Shown here in pieces: positions 24,601 to 39,600 of a stretch of 64,000 nt of DNA (within the stretch, counting starts at the first letter, position 1; every line of letters starts with the position of its first letter). The notes under the pieces were generated by a model. It was not told the origin of the DNA. It worked only from the letters and a program-made list of their open reading frames with translations, and searched no databases. This DNA comes from Owenia fusiformis (Eukaryota), in NCBI GenBank assembly GCA_903813345.2, contig CAIIXF020000001.1, positions 4,278,001-4,342,000 on the forward strand, in the 5' to 3' direction. Made by a program: the position numbers and the translations under genes.

Positions 24601-27600
24601 GCATTTCTTAGTAATTGGGAAATGAAATCATGAAGAGAACATATTTCCTTGTCCCATGATCGTGTCATTCTCACAGACACATGTGTCATTACATGTATAC
24701 AGTTAATATCCCACAGTAGTCTCGAGTAGGGATATAGAGAAGTGATCCATCCGTCTATCCATTTGTTGAACCTGCCTGACAATTTTTAGGCTGATACCTT
24801 ATGGGGGAATTACTTCTGCGGAAGAAGGAATTTTCAATATGGCCCCTCAGTTCAAAATGGCTGTCATATTTGGAAGATAGAATAAAAATGTACAATGAAC
24901 TAAATGAGATTACTGAATCAGTAACATATAATGACTACCTAACATGTAGATGGCAATATCCATTTCAAGACTGAGAAAAAAAGTCACTCTGTTCTCTCTC
25001 GGATGATTACATATTTGCTTTTGAGAAGCAATTTGCTAATTAAACAGTGATTTAAGGAAAATTTACTGGTACAGATATACTTTGTGAGCGGAATATATGG
25101 TAACTTAAGGAGGGCCTGAGATTGAACTGGGTTAATCTGACCTAGAACTCTCACAGCTCCTGGAATAACCAGACTTCATCTTAGATGTTAAAATACTAGA
25201 TGAACTGCTTGAAAGCGTTGTACAGGAAAATCCCCTGGAACTATCCAGCTTTAGGACTTTTCGATGATATGTGCCAGTATTTGTGTGCAGATAAAACATT
25301 CAGATTAATTTTGATTTTATTGGATGACATCACATTGTTGACTTTACAATATGTTGCATTGGGAAACTAACCACATGTTTAACCTTTAAAAAAAGAAAAC
25401 TATCAGTTATCAGTAAAATGGTATTTAACATTCAACTGTCTATGATATTACGGAACATACATGTTGAATATATACAGTGTATATGATTTTATTGATCGTT
25501 GTAAGGCTTGCTTCAGGTCCTTTTAGCCCCCTTTTGTTCACTGTGAAGGGTCGATAAGGGGGGACCAGAGATGCTGAATGCAAAGTTATATTTCTTGTTA
25601 GTGAAAATAATCAAAAGTTATAATGACCTTTTTTAAACTTTTTAAAAACCAATTTGGCAAGCTTCCTGCAAGCACGCAGGTGAAATCACAGTAAATACAA
25701 ACTTAGTATACTTGTTTGATTGATTTTAATGGCTGGCAAAGAATATACTGAAGTTAGCCAAAACAGCCAATGATTTTACCTCTAAAATGCATACTGAGAA
25801 ATTGCAAGCTCTTTTTACATATTCATCAAGAATTAAAGATAATTGATGCCTTTGTAGTTCGGGGTCAATGTGTTGCCTAAGGTTGGCTTGATCACTTTGA
25901 TATTTTTGGAATCGGATCCAAATAACCCTGTCATTATATATAAAACATTGGCTATGTTTAATTTTCTTATAAATAAATTAAAGCCAGTAAATAAATGATA
26001 AACATTTTGGCATGACATGAAGTTTTTTACAATTGAAATTGATATAATATTGTGTCCTGATAAGAAGGAATAAGGTTGGAAGCCATCTAAACAAACTGTA
26101 AAACATGATCTACAGGGTGTTCAAAAAAACGCAACCCAAAGAAATCGCGATATCTTGGAAAATACTAATCCAATTATATTCATATTTTCAGGAAAGAAAG
26201 AAGAGACTGTGTATTTATAGCCCCTGTTGTTAGTTAGTTGTAAACCATGATGTCTTGGACACTTGCTCAAAAGACAGTTGTACTAGCAAAATACGAAAAA
26301 CGTGAATGGAAAATAACTATATCTTGGAAAATACTAATTCAATTATGTTTATTTTTTCAGGAAAAGAAAGAAGAGACTGTGTATGTATAGCTCCTGTTGT
26401 CAGGAAGCTGTAAAACATGATGCCTTGGACACCTGCTCAAATGACAGTTGTACTAGGAAAATATGAAAACGCAGTCAGAGGTGACTGCCACAGCAATAAA
26501 ACCAAATAACTTTCTAACCATGGTGTTTTGGCACTTCAGATTTGGCACAAATTATCCTTATTTAATGTGTGGTGAATTTGTGAAGTTTCATCAAAATCAC
26601 TCCAGGGACGTTATAGTGGTGGTCAAAATGCCTTCTTAAGTCTCCCTGAACCAGGGCGTTTGACTGCGATTTCAAAGCATTTCAACCATGACAGTGAAGT
26701 CCCTGAAGTGATTTTGATTTCACTCTACAGATTTATCATACAGTGAATGAAGATGGTTTGTGCCAAATTTGGAGAGCCAAAACACTATGGTTAGGAAGTT
26801 ATTTAATTTTTTTGCGGTTGCAGTCACCCTTGACTGCGTTTTTCGCATTTTGCTAGTACAACTGTTTTTGAGCAGGTGTCCAAGGCATCATGTTTTACAA
26901 CAAACCATTGACAGGAGCTATACACACACAGTCTCTTCTTTATTTCCTTAAAATATGAACATAATTGAACCAGTATTTTTCAAGATATAGCAATTTCTTT
27001 GGGTTGCGTTTTTTTTGAACACCCTGCACTTAGGTATAACATTTAAATCTATCTATAATATAGCCTATTTTTAATTTTTAACACATCATATATTTGAATG
27101 GTAAATTATCAGTTCTCATCTATTCACACCAAGATTTAAGATGTACTAAAAAAGGTATTACAGGTTTAAGACATGCAATGTCAAAATGATAAGTTTTGCT
27201 CAACTGTTCCTAAGGGCAGCTTCAGCATAATCAAGTCCAAAACATGATACAGTTATGTGACTTCAATTTAAACATTTATTCCCATTTTATGATTTTATCT
27301 TGTCATGGAGCCTCTTCATCTAGATTAGATACTTTGTTGAATATGTATAAACTTATTTAGGTTAGATGACCAAATTACGGGTTTGTGTCTCAATTTACAA
27401 GTCTAATTAAGTTAAGAATTCACACATAGAAAGGCAAAGTGTGTCCAATTCCAGCCAATCAAAACACAGTATTTCATATAACTGCAGTGCATCATAGAAC
27501 CAATCATTGCATTAAAGGTCATTCATTATATGGTAGTCAAGGTGAGAACTTGACTCTACAGATTGAAATTGATGCTTGGCCAACTTGACCCTTGCAAAAT

Positions 27601-30600
27601 GTTTCATTGAAGATATGTTAGTTCAGTGATTTTGTATCTTTTAAATAGATTGGTATAAAATATTTTCTAATGTGTGAAAAGAATTTAAGCCCAAGACTCA
27701 GTGCACTGTGGAATGACCATTTCTTTCAGGCGTTGTTCCCTAAATTTAAACTTGATGCTGTGCATCTGGGCAAACTTTGGAAAGCAACACCTTCAAGGAA
27801 TGGTCATCCCACATTGCATTGAGTCCAGGACTTAAATTCTTCTTTGATTTTACATTTATTATGACATTATTTATGGACTCTGTGACTCAGGATGTATAGT
27901 CGATTCTTATTATTCACTTTGGAGTGGTCATTGGCAATGCTTGCAGCATTTGTAACATGAAAATATTTTGTCACATATTACAATTACTCAAATGATATTG
28001 ATCAGATTGACTTGAAACTTATAGAGAGAACATAGGTATAGGCTTTGCTTATCTTATAAATTACTGCAGATTATAAGCAATATAGGTAACCATGGGAACA
28101 AATGAAGAAGTAACAGTCATGTAGACTTAAAATTCAATTAGTGACACCTACAAATAATTACAAAAGTGTTCAGATTATAGGCATTATCCATTACCACGAT
28201 ACCCATTTCAGAAAGTTAGGTTTCTAAGCTCAAAATTCAGGTTTGTTCATCCCTGTTCAATCTTTGCCTTAATTTCTGCAAAAAAAGTTCATATCAGCCC
28301 AGTTCCACAGCTTTTATATAAGCTATTTTAGTATGAAACAGCAGCACATACTCTTGACATTCTGTATTTACCTTTATTAGAATCATAACTCATTAATAGT
28401 TATTAAAGTATGCAGGTCGTAGCAACCTTTGAGTTTGGCAACCCTGGGTTGTTGAATTCCATGCTCCCTGAGGAGGCAATAAATATAACAGTATCTGTCA
28501 AGTAGATGAAACATCGCCTAATTTATGATTAACTCATTTTTGTATCTTTCAAGTAAAACTACAGCTTGATTCATAAGAGATTTTATAATATGTAAAAATG
28601 TTTAAATTTAGTAAATAAAAGTTTATTAAAAAAATAGATCCTGGAGTTATGATTAAATTCAAAGAGGAAGGTATATTCTAATCTCATGAATTTCATATCA
28701 AAGCAAAATTAGATGGAAATGAATTGATTTTAAGGTTAATCTACATTATTGCATTGAATCTGAATTTTCCAAATGTCCTAGTTCTTACTTGCTAGAACTA
28801 TGTGATTCCACTTGCACCTCCAGACTGTGTTTGGTCGTGAATAATTTATTGATAAATTCTTCTACATGCATGACTTACATGTAGACTTAGCATTAACCTT
28901 AGGCTGGGATGAATACGCTTCGTAATATTTAGTGTAATTCTTGCCTTTTGCTATGCTGGTGAGAATCTATCCATTCTAGGGTCTCATCGTTTCATTCTGA
29001 CATTTCTCATGGCTGCTTATTGTCAGCTCTTAGTGTCATGAAATAAAGTAATTTCTATTACCCTTTGCCCTCCTGGACAACTTTTAAGTTTATACCATTG
29101 GCTAATAGGGGGGTGATTTATGTGGAAGTAGAGATGATGGAAATGGCAGAAATCTTCGGATTTTTCAAAATGAATGCATTAATATGTTGTGAAAAACAAT
29201 AATCATATTAAATTGTCTACTGTATTATATGTTTTCAGTATATCAATGAAGGAAGCTTGGAGCAGTTGCTAGGCAATAAGAGGTTGGATCTATCGTGGTC
29301 CGTGCGAGTCCAGCTGGCTCTGGACATGGCTAAAGGCATGCGGTATCTTCACCACAGGGGTGTCTTTCACAGAGACTTTACTTCCAAGGTAAGTCAAATT
29401 GGAATATTCTGCTGGCAATCTTATGGTTATCTTATAAAATGTTAAGGAATGAATTTTCTGGCTTATTTGATCGGTTCCTTAACACAAAGATTTAAAACAT
29501 TTCCTGCTATACCCTCTGTGATAAAATATTGAGGTGAGAAATAAAATACAAATTGTCTGTAAAAACTGCTGTTTGCTGAGTAAACAATGCTGATTTTTGA
29601 ACCCTACTTGTATATTCTATAAATTCTTGTAAATTTTAAATGAAATTGATATCACTATAGTAGAAAATTAATAACTTTCCTGATGTAAATTGATATTTAT
29701 TGAATACTATAGTAATTGCAATCTATGGTATATCAGGGGTATCTTTATGCATTTACATATATGATTGGTGTCATGATTGTTGCATGGTAAGTGACTAGGT
29801 AGTTTAGCTCAGTAATAGGGGCTATTTGTCTCGTTAAATCAATTGGCTTGATACATTTTTTCCTCCACTTATCTACTATTCCTCCATTAACATTGTTTTC
29901 TGATGACACTTCATTGCAGTTTATTCCACCATTTATCGAACACATGTCATGGAAAATTGGAGGAAAGTGGGACCTGTTCACAATATGAACTTAGGATTTT
30001 TCAACATGGATTTCATTGGCAACTGATATATATGTGTGTATGACAAAAACAATAGAAAAAATTCAAGAAAATCATGAAAATCTTTCATTGTAGAGATTAA
30101 GTTGGGTCTCTCATTTGAGAAAAAATCCTTGTGAGAATACTAGAGTCCATTTCACTGTTTAACTGCGTCAGTAAAAGCTAAAAAATAAGAAATCAAAATA
30201 TCATTTTGCAATAATATATGGAAAAATATATTCTTATTGTACATGAATGACATTTGTATATCTTGGATTGCTTCTAGTTTGGCTTATAAAGTGTGTGGCC
30301 TCTTATATTTGGATGCTTCTCTGCCATGTTATTTTCAATAAGATTAACATGGCTGAAATTCTTCAAATTACGAGACAGCACAGGCTTATTGCACAAAAAA
30401 CTAAAAAATCTGAAATATACAAATGTCATTCATGTACATTATGAATATACTTTTCCATATATTATTGCACAATGGTCTCCCAGTTTCTTATTTTTGCCAT
30501 TCTACTGACGCAATGAAGCAGTGAAATGGACTCTACACAAAACTGTTTGCTTTTTGGTAAGATTCTGTATGCAGTATAGCGATTGACATTTGAAGCATTC

Positions 30601-33600
30601 GAACAACTATGCTCTATTAGCAGTTTTATTGTATTTAACACCTGTTATTTTATTCAATTATCTGAAGGTCAACAACACAATATTGCACATATTTGGTTAC
30701 ATTAAGACAATCAGGATTTGCAATTAAGGTCATAATGCCTGTAACACATGGTTCAATCTGTTGTCAATAGTACAATAACGTCATTTCTAAGGGCGATATA
30801 GTGAAATATTGGACCAAGGGCCGAAAGTGAAATATTGGACCAAGGGCCGAAGGCCCAAGGTCCAATATTTCACTACAGGAAAACCTGTATATCTGAACAC
30901 CTGGCTAATCCGAACACCTTCCAATATGAACACTTTTTTTCGGTCCCATTTTTTCCTCCCATTGACTCCCATGTTAAAAAAACCTTGAAATCTGAACACC
31001 TCCTTATTTGAACAGTGAACAACCAGATTTGAAAAAGTGACCTGTCTAATCTGAACATTTTTATCAGAAATCAAATGTCTGGACATTTCAATTAAAGCCA
31101 CATATTGAGTCAATGTTATAGTTGTTATTTATCTTTACATATGCAAATATACAAATGCAATCAAAGAACCAATTGTCCTAATTAACTTATTTAGTCTCAG
31201 TGACATCCCTAATTTGTGGAAAACAACAGGATGTTTTGGAAAGGAGTGAATACAGGAGTTAATTGGTTTATCCTATTCGAAAAGAACTGAATGTTTTATT
31301 TTTGGATTAAGAGAAAGGTGTGAATCAAGAAGATAATTGATTTATCATTATTGGAAATTACCTGGATGTTTTTGGTTTGGATTAAGAGAAAGGTGAGAGT
31401 CTGGGAGATAATTGGTTTATCCTTATTGTAAATTAACTGGATGTTTTTGATTTGGATTATGAACAGGTCTTAAATGTTTTATATCCCATGGGTCTGTTAT
31501 GATAGCTAAGATTCAATCAGTAAATGTTTTATAATCACAAAGACAACACAGACACCATTTGCAGACACTATTATATCACGAGAAGGAGAAAAAATCCAAC
31601 TTCGTAATATTTGCATACATCTGACATCCTGAATGCCCTTGATATTTTGAAGGATTATACATCATCTCGAATGAACACTCATGAAAAATTATTTTTACTT
31701 GAAGAGGATATCTACTCAAATATTGCTAATGCTAAAAGTGCCAAGAAACAAACAACAATGAAGGACTTTTTCAAGCAAAAGTAAAGCAGTGCTATATAAC
31801 CATAATATGGGATAAGCCATTTGATAAGTATAGGATTTCGTACGAGACTATCATATACTTTTACAGTGTATTACAAAGTTTTTGCCAAAATATAAGAGTT
31901 ATTTTTACTAAAATGATGAAATTGTTCAAAATATAAATAAAACATAGCATATAGGCTATAGGCCTATTGTAGAATTAACTCATCAACAACATGTTTTGCT
32001 TTCTGACTTAGTATTAAGTGTTCAATATAGTGCACTGAACAATGAAAATCCCCCTCCCCCGACCAACAAAATCCTCGAAATTTGAACACCTGCCAATTTG
32101 AACGCTTTTGGCTGGTCCCATGGGTGTTCGGATTAGACAGGTTTTACTGTATATCGCTCGCAGAAATGACGTTATTAGTATGATTACCACCGTTAATGAC
32201 TAGGACTGAAACAGCAAGAAATCTTACGCATTGAACGATATCTAATTTCCCGGGGAAAATTGCCGGTCCAGAATATATTCTAGACCGGTCCATATGGACC
32301 ACCACTATGACGTCACACATTTCTCAGGTCGATATAGTAAAATAAACGCCTTCTAAACTAGCACTAAAACCCCTAGAACTGGCCCGGCAAGGTGGTAATA
32401 ATGCGTGTTAGATTAAATAGAATAATATTCGTTCTGTCATTAAAAATTGTATTGTGATCAAAACTTTTGAAATATGAAAATTTGATATCAATTAATTGTT
32501 TTGTAACAATGATTCATTTTTTACATTGTCTTGTTAAGATTTACTTTCAAGTAAAGCTAGGCAAAAAATGTTTTCTGATATCTACAGAATCCTTGAAGTT
32601 TGTTCAAGGCTCATCATTATAGTGAATTATATAAGTCAACCAAGATATCAACAATATAGAAAACGATAAATCTAAAGACCAATTGAATGGTTGATTGGTT
32701 AAGAGAAAAAACAGGTTACACAGGTACAAAATCCTTTTGGCAAAATGCTTTCTGATGAAAAGCAAATTAACCCTGCTATGGAATAGATTGGCTCAGAAAA
32801 GTCTTCTTGCTTGTTGGCTTTATGAACTCAAGTTGCCGATGTTTGTTGCTCCATTAGTCAATAATTTCTATTTTTGATTTACTGTACCTTGAATTCAGTT
32901 GTTCAGAGGTCAACCTGTAAAATGCAAGACAGACTAAAATGTTTTTTAAATGCCAAGCAACAACTGTGAGTAGCTATTCCAGTTTACAGTACTCAATCTT
33001 CATAAAACTTGAACAAGCCTTCGACTCACTTGTTGTCCATGCTTTTCTCACTAAAGAATAAACTACCGAATTTTCTTTCATCTTTAGAAGATTGTTCCTT
33101 ACCATATTTGCTATTCATGAATTATGGCTGATTCTTGATATTTTGAGTTTTTATCACAACTACACTGACTTAACAATCGTGCGTAGAACAACTCTTCAGG
33201 TCAATAATAATTCAAGGTTTTTCAATAGGAAAAGTACTTAACTTGCAAAACTCAGGTAAAGGTCTATGGAATAATTGACCCGACAACTGAAGATTGTCAC
33301 GGACGCTTTTTATGAGTCTTCAACTGGCATTTATGGCTTTCACTTGATTAATATCACAAAAATCACTCTCTAGATTTAATTTGCTTAATTCCCTTTTTGT
33401 TTGGTAATTTCATCATTTATTCAGCATTTGAATTGTGTATTGTTTGTTTATTTTAGAATGTGTTAATCAACAAAGAGGACGGCAAGTACAGTGCAGTGGT
33501 GGGTGATTTTGGCCTGGCTGCTCGTATACCTGACCCCCTGTAAGTATAAATCAGGAATATCAGAAAAACTGCTATGGTACATGTACAAAACAAACCCAGT

Positions 33601-36600
33601 TTTGAAGACATGCATATCATTTGTTTGTGTTCAATAAGAGCAAAGCTGAAGTATTAGTAGAGACAAAGATTGATCTGTAAAATGAAGCCCTCTGATTGGT
33701 CAGTTCTTGTGCTGTACCAATCTGTATTGTTACTGAGATTGTCCCCATTGATCATCTCCATCGCAATACAGAAAATATTGGTATGGAAGAGACAATCTCA
33801 GTAGCAATACAGAGGATCACACAATAAAAATGTTATTGAATAATTTGAAGTGCAATACAGGGTATATTCTGTCTCAATATTCTGTATTGGCACTCGACTT
33901 TGTCTCGTTCTCGAGCAGAATATATCCTGTATTGCACTTAAAATCATTCAACATTCAATAACTTATAATCATTTCAAGAGATGAATGAGGTTTTACCTTT
34001 AGTATCTATATAGACAGTATTATGTACCATTTATAAGGCCTGTTTTCTGGATAGTAAAATGCGTCTGAATGATAATGATACCATATAGTGAACTCATCTA
34101 TCAACTGAAACAGAAATTATGTCATGTTTCCCCATTGATTTCCATGACAACCTACCTGAATTCTATGCAATTGCCTATATACAGTGAAGCTGTTGAGGGA
34201 ATACCTTAATTAGGGTTAGCAACAAGAGCTGTTCACGATATATTTGTTTCACTGTAGTAATATAATATCAAGGCAACTTGATTGAGCGAATTATCTGAAC
34301 ATATTGCATGATTTGATATTCTATGATAATATCAATGCATTTATCTTCATTTAATGATACTTGATCACTAAATATAATGATTATATTTTGTAATTGAATA
34401 TGGCTTCTTTGATGAACCAGGTTCATTAAAAAATTACCATTTACTTTGATTATTATATATCATCATCATTTGGTGTAAAAATCATTTTGCAAATTAGATG
34501 CTATATTTCAGTATGTACCGTACATTATTGTACAGTATGTAAGCCTGGAAAAGGGGTTCTGTTTAAGTGGCAGAAAAGGAGAGAGAGCATATGAAATATT
34601 GGAATTTATTTCAAATTCCGATTCCCTTCCAAAATGAAAAGATTTGAGATATCTGATTAATTTTGGAAATCATTTAAGATGCAAAAATTGAAAAATAAGA
34701 TAATAATTTTTTAAGATAACCTTGATTAATCAAAGTATTATCATAAAATAAAGTCATAGGACTTTTTAGAAAATTGCAATCCTGTGAGCAAATCATCTTA
34801 TAAATTCTGACTATTTTTAAAAGTTTATCCCGAATTTATCACTTTTCTTTGTTGTCTATTTAAATGAACTTTTATATCAATTGATTTTTGTATGAATATA
34901 TACAAATACATACCAATAAAAAGAAAATCAACTAATTCAATTGAGAATCATTGATGAACTCAAAGATAATCTAAATAGTCTGTCTGCACAAATGAAGCAA
35001 GGCAGTGCAAAATTTATGAAGATGTTTATCAAAACAAAGTACAAGTAAAGGTATATATGTATATCTATATAGGTCAGTCTGAGTATGTTTACATATTGTA
35101 AATATATAAAGCAGGTGTGACCTTCTTTCTTGAAATATTATTGGAACTGCTTCATGCCATGTAATGACAGGCTACATAGATTTCTTCTTATTTAAACACA
35201 AAATACTGTACCTGGAATATACTCGTATATCAAAGGAACTTTGCTTTTCAAAATATGAAATACAGTTGTTAGTTGTTTTGAGGATAAATAAACAGTAGAA
35301 TTGGTTTCAGTGTTTTTATTTTCTCAGATACCATGAATATATTTCTATCGACTTTTTTAAACATGTTCTCTCTTTTGGCTATCTTACTGTTTCAAAACTG
35401 TTCAAATACAGGATTCCTTGACTTTCTGAGACAAATGAGAATCCAATGTAAGAAAGGTTGAAGTACAGAAAGCCGGCTTGTTTGAGATAAACAAGATTTT
35501 CTCAACTTCCAGTCTGTATCTCCTTTATGGATGGCTGCCAATTGGGTTTGCTCTAATGTCAGTTTGTTTTTCTCTCTCTTCATAGTCTACCCATGTTGAT
35601 CTGCTGTAGAGCAGATTTCCCTCTGATACAGTGACTATGGATTCGATCTCGTTTTGGCAAATCTACTTTGTGTGTTGTATTATTGCATTAAAGTAGTGAT
35701 TAACTGTGTTCCATAACTCATACAAAAGGTTCCTAGTCAACTCGGACCCTAGTTAACTCGGACCCTAGTCAACTTGGACCCTAGTTAACTCGGACCCTAG
35801 TCAACTCGGACCCTAGTCAACTTGGACCTATGTATTTTTTATATTTTTCCTCAGTTGAGCATTAAAATGATAAGGTATATATAAAAACAACATTAATCAT
35901 ATATAATTGTTAGATAGAACAATGGTTGATAATGGTGAAAAATAATTCTGACACTTTTGAGTCAATCATAAACCATTCAGCCTGATTGTGAACTCATATA
36001 CTGGTAGGAATAAATATTAAATAACCAAGATTTTGATTTTACATGAAACCAGTTAATTTGTCTTCCAAACAAATAGTATGTAACAATAAATTAGAAATTC
36101 AAAGGTGAATTAAATGTTGTTGACCTCAATTCTTCAAACCAAGTTAAAAGGGTTAAACATGTTTGTAAACAATTGAAAGCCCATGATTTTTAAGGAATTT
36201 CTTATAATGAAAATTAAAGATAAAGTTTCAAATCAAACGATAACACCATATTTGATAATTTTGTAACTTGTATTTGCAATTCTTTGATTTATTAAATCAA
36301 AATATATTTCAAATTCCCTACTCATTGAATATTTTACTAAGGTCACCAAATTATTTAATCATTGTATTTCCACATTTGAAGCTTTGAAATATGAAATAAT
36401 CATGGATTTTCGACAAACAGAAAGTAATTTTACACACATGTTTAGAAAATGAAATTGGAAATAAAATTGTTTAAAACACAAATGCGCTAACACATTTTCC
36501 TATACTGTATATTGGAATTAATGTAATACCTCTATATTTTGTTTACTTCAACACCCTAATTAAATGCTTATCAGAGGATACAAGATTTGTTAATTAGGTT

Positions 36601-39600
36601 TCTTAGTCAAAGTTATTATAACAGCATTATACACAACAGGCTAAATTGAATTCATTTTTTAAAGACATAGTATAGTTCCAATTCTATATAAAGTCAATAT
36701 AAAATGAATCAAAATCATTCAAAATCATTCTCATTTAATTATAAAGAGTTATTTGATCCCACATGACGCAAATAGCATAGAAGTATAAAGGTTGTAAAGA
36801 CTGATTTTGACTCATCAGAAATATACATAAACATCATTATTTAAAGATTTCAGTAATGAATTGAATTATATCTTAAACCATTCCAATATTCTTAATATTT
36901 TGAAAGTTAATTGCTTTCACCTCTAACATAGCAAAATACCTCTGATTTATATTAAATATAACTGGGTCCAAGTTAACTAGGGTCCGAGTTGACTAGGGTC
37001 CGAGTTAACTAGGGTCCAAGTTGACTAGGGTCCGAGTTAACTAGGGTCCGAGTTGACCAGATACCATACAAAAGGCTTGTGTCTGCTTGTACATACCTAA
37101 AGGAACACAGACCTACTTCAATGGAGTTCCTAGGTCTATCTTCATTGATGAAATGCATAGATGAATTATGTAATAAAATATTGAATTATAAATCCTCTAC
37201 CATAAGTCTTTTGCTCACCTTCATTGGTGGTAAACAAAAAACAAAATTAAAAACAAAAAAAGCTCTGGATGAAGTAATAACCCATTGGGTTACATCTGTG
37301 CTGGATATCTGTTTAGACAGACTTCCTTCCACATTTCATGTTATGCTTGGAGAAATCATCATTAACTTGTTTACCTTATATCCTAGACAAACCGAGCATG
37401 TTGCAGTAAAATATGAGTTTGGATACATAAATTATAACAACATTTTCTTTGATCTGAAATTCATGAAAGAACAATAAACCCATGCTATAAATAAGAGTGA
37501 AGTTAGCAAGGAATAGCATAAACACAAGCATGGAATTAGCTCATATGGAATCAGCATGTATGACCTGAAGAACTTTCAGTTATATCTTATCTTAAGTTGA
37601 ATGACTTTACCAAAACTAGGTCAACCAGAAAACAACACTAAACAAACCTAGAAAAATAAATACCAGCAATGTGATTCCCTGAATGCTGTCTAGTTATAAA
37701 CTGATGTAGATGAAACTCTCTTTTAAGAAGCAAAGTCAAACAAATGCAAAGGGTAACAATTTATAGATGTCAGTCAGAAAAGCAAGCCAAGAAGTTCATT
37801 AATTGAAGATCCGTTCACATTTTTAATTAAACTCATCAAAGTGATGTTGAAAATAAGTATAACATACACTAAATGGTTATCATTCAAAGGGCTTCGTTTA
37901 TTTCTCAATTCAGGAATGAAGTGAAATACACCTTGGGCCAAGTATGGAGTTGTACCTGGCCTTACTTGACCATCAACCTTGTTTTATGTCAGATATTGTC
38001 CATTGGTGTCACAAAAGACAAATGACTCCACAGTTTAGTAAAATAACAACTAAAAACCAATTTGAAGAAAAACATATATGATAGTATGAATTCTATGCAG
38101 AGATACACAGTATATATGTTTATTTTTGGCTGAAGATTGAACTTACCTTTTTCAAAAAAATATCATGAATCAATTAAGATTTGTGAAATACTGTAATAAA
38201 CTTTATTCGTGGGTAAAGAGATTGGTTCCCTTCATATCTAATGGTTCAACCATAAGTTGTTTTGGAAAGAGCTGAGACAAGAATGCCTATTAAAATCTAT
38301 TTTGGTGTGATCTGGCTCATCAATTTATAGATACGAGTACACAGATAAAACATAGTCGGTAAAGTACAGTACAGTGCAGATCCTTTTACATATCATTTCT
38401 TTATTACAAACTTCCAGGATCTTTGCCTCCTATCTTTGATGGCTCTTATAAATGATGTGTTCCATCATTTAGTCATTTCGGGAAGGCTATTTACATGTTT
38501 CTATTGTACATGTATTATTCTCTTTATTTATTCCTGTGGGAGTTACTTTGGGCTGGAAGATTATATGGACTTAAAACAATCCCTTACACCCCTTAAAATA
38601 AGTATCATAATTCAAAATACAATGTTTATCATAATGGCTGTTTTAATCATTTTCTGTGTTGTTATTTGAAATAGTTGTTTATTTCCATTTAGATGTCACA
38701 TATTTGTCTCAAATGGACATTTTTGCTTCAGTCAACTATGATGTAGAACATATTTAGATTTAGGAACACTTTTAGAACAACAAGATAAATTTTTCTTTTG
38801 TATTTCAGTGACAACAGCAAGAAATTGCCAATAGTCGGCTCCCCCTATTGGATGTCCCCAGAGTGTCTGAATGACAAGAGATATGATGAAAGGGTAACTA
38901 ACAATTGAATTATTATGTTGATATATTAAGAAGGCAAAAGCAATGTATGAAAACATGTCAGGAAAATACAGATGCAAAAGTATATTTCTGATTGGAAAAT
39001 GCCATAATATTGGAAGAGACAGTACTATTGGTCAAATAAGATATTTGTCATTTTTCTCTCTGAAAATCTCTTACAAGTCACCATGAAACCAGAATTGATC
39101 AATCTCAAATCCTGATTTGTGCAATAGGACATGCTACCTAGTACATCAAGTTTAATAACTCTCTCATTCAACCGTTAATTAGAATGTTGGATGATCTACA
39201 TGATGCAAATGTTAGGGCTGATTGCATATGTTGTAAGTTCATTCTAGTCTACTTGGCCGAGTTAGCCAAATGGCTCATTTGTTAAGAGTGCCAGGCCAGA
39301 TACATTTGGTGATTGGTGTTGTAGTCTAAATGTGTGAGTGCATTTGGGTGGGTGGCCATGTGTCAGTGCATTTACTCATTTATAAAGAATCTCAGGTGAT
39401 TGCAGTTGTTACTTGATTAATAGTGGGTACTACTTGACCTGATGTGTTTTTTACTTGTCTACTGGACCTTTAAAATACATTTAGAAAGTTACTGTGAGGA
39501 GACATGTTAACTCACACATCGTAGCCCATAAAATGTGTCATAGAATCAATTTGTTATTCCTTTGGTTAATTTTGATATATTTTATTCATGTCATGCATAA

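Noticed and set aside
35515-35545. SPLWMAA as the kinase activation-segment exon
   Set aside because: Chance match without suitable splice sites; the real GSPYWMSPE exon is at 38809-38893.
35728-35828. Short regular repeats (also the 19-, 22- and 162-bp arrays) as a CRISPR array
   Set aside because: Head-to-tail units without unique spacers, no cas genes, and a eukaryotic context; explained as TIR subrepeats or minisatellites.
37079-37477. 132-aa ORF, and the many other 60-110 aa ORFs in the track
   Set aside because: No recognisable motifs, mostly non-ATG starts, located in introns or repeats or antisense to real genes.
39255-39480. Degenerate SINE-like stretch
   Set aside because: Only a partial A-box and a faint core resemblance; no B box or tail.
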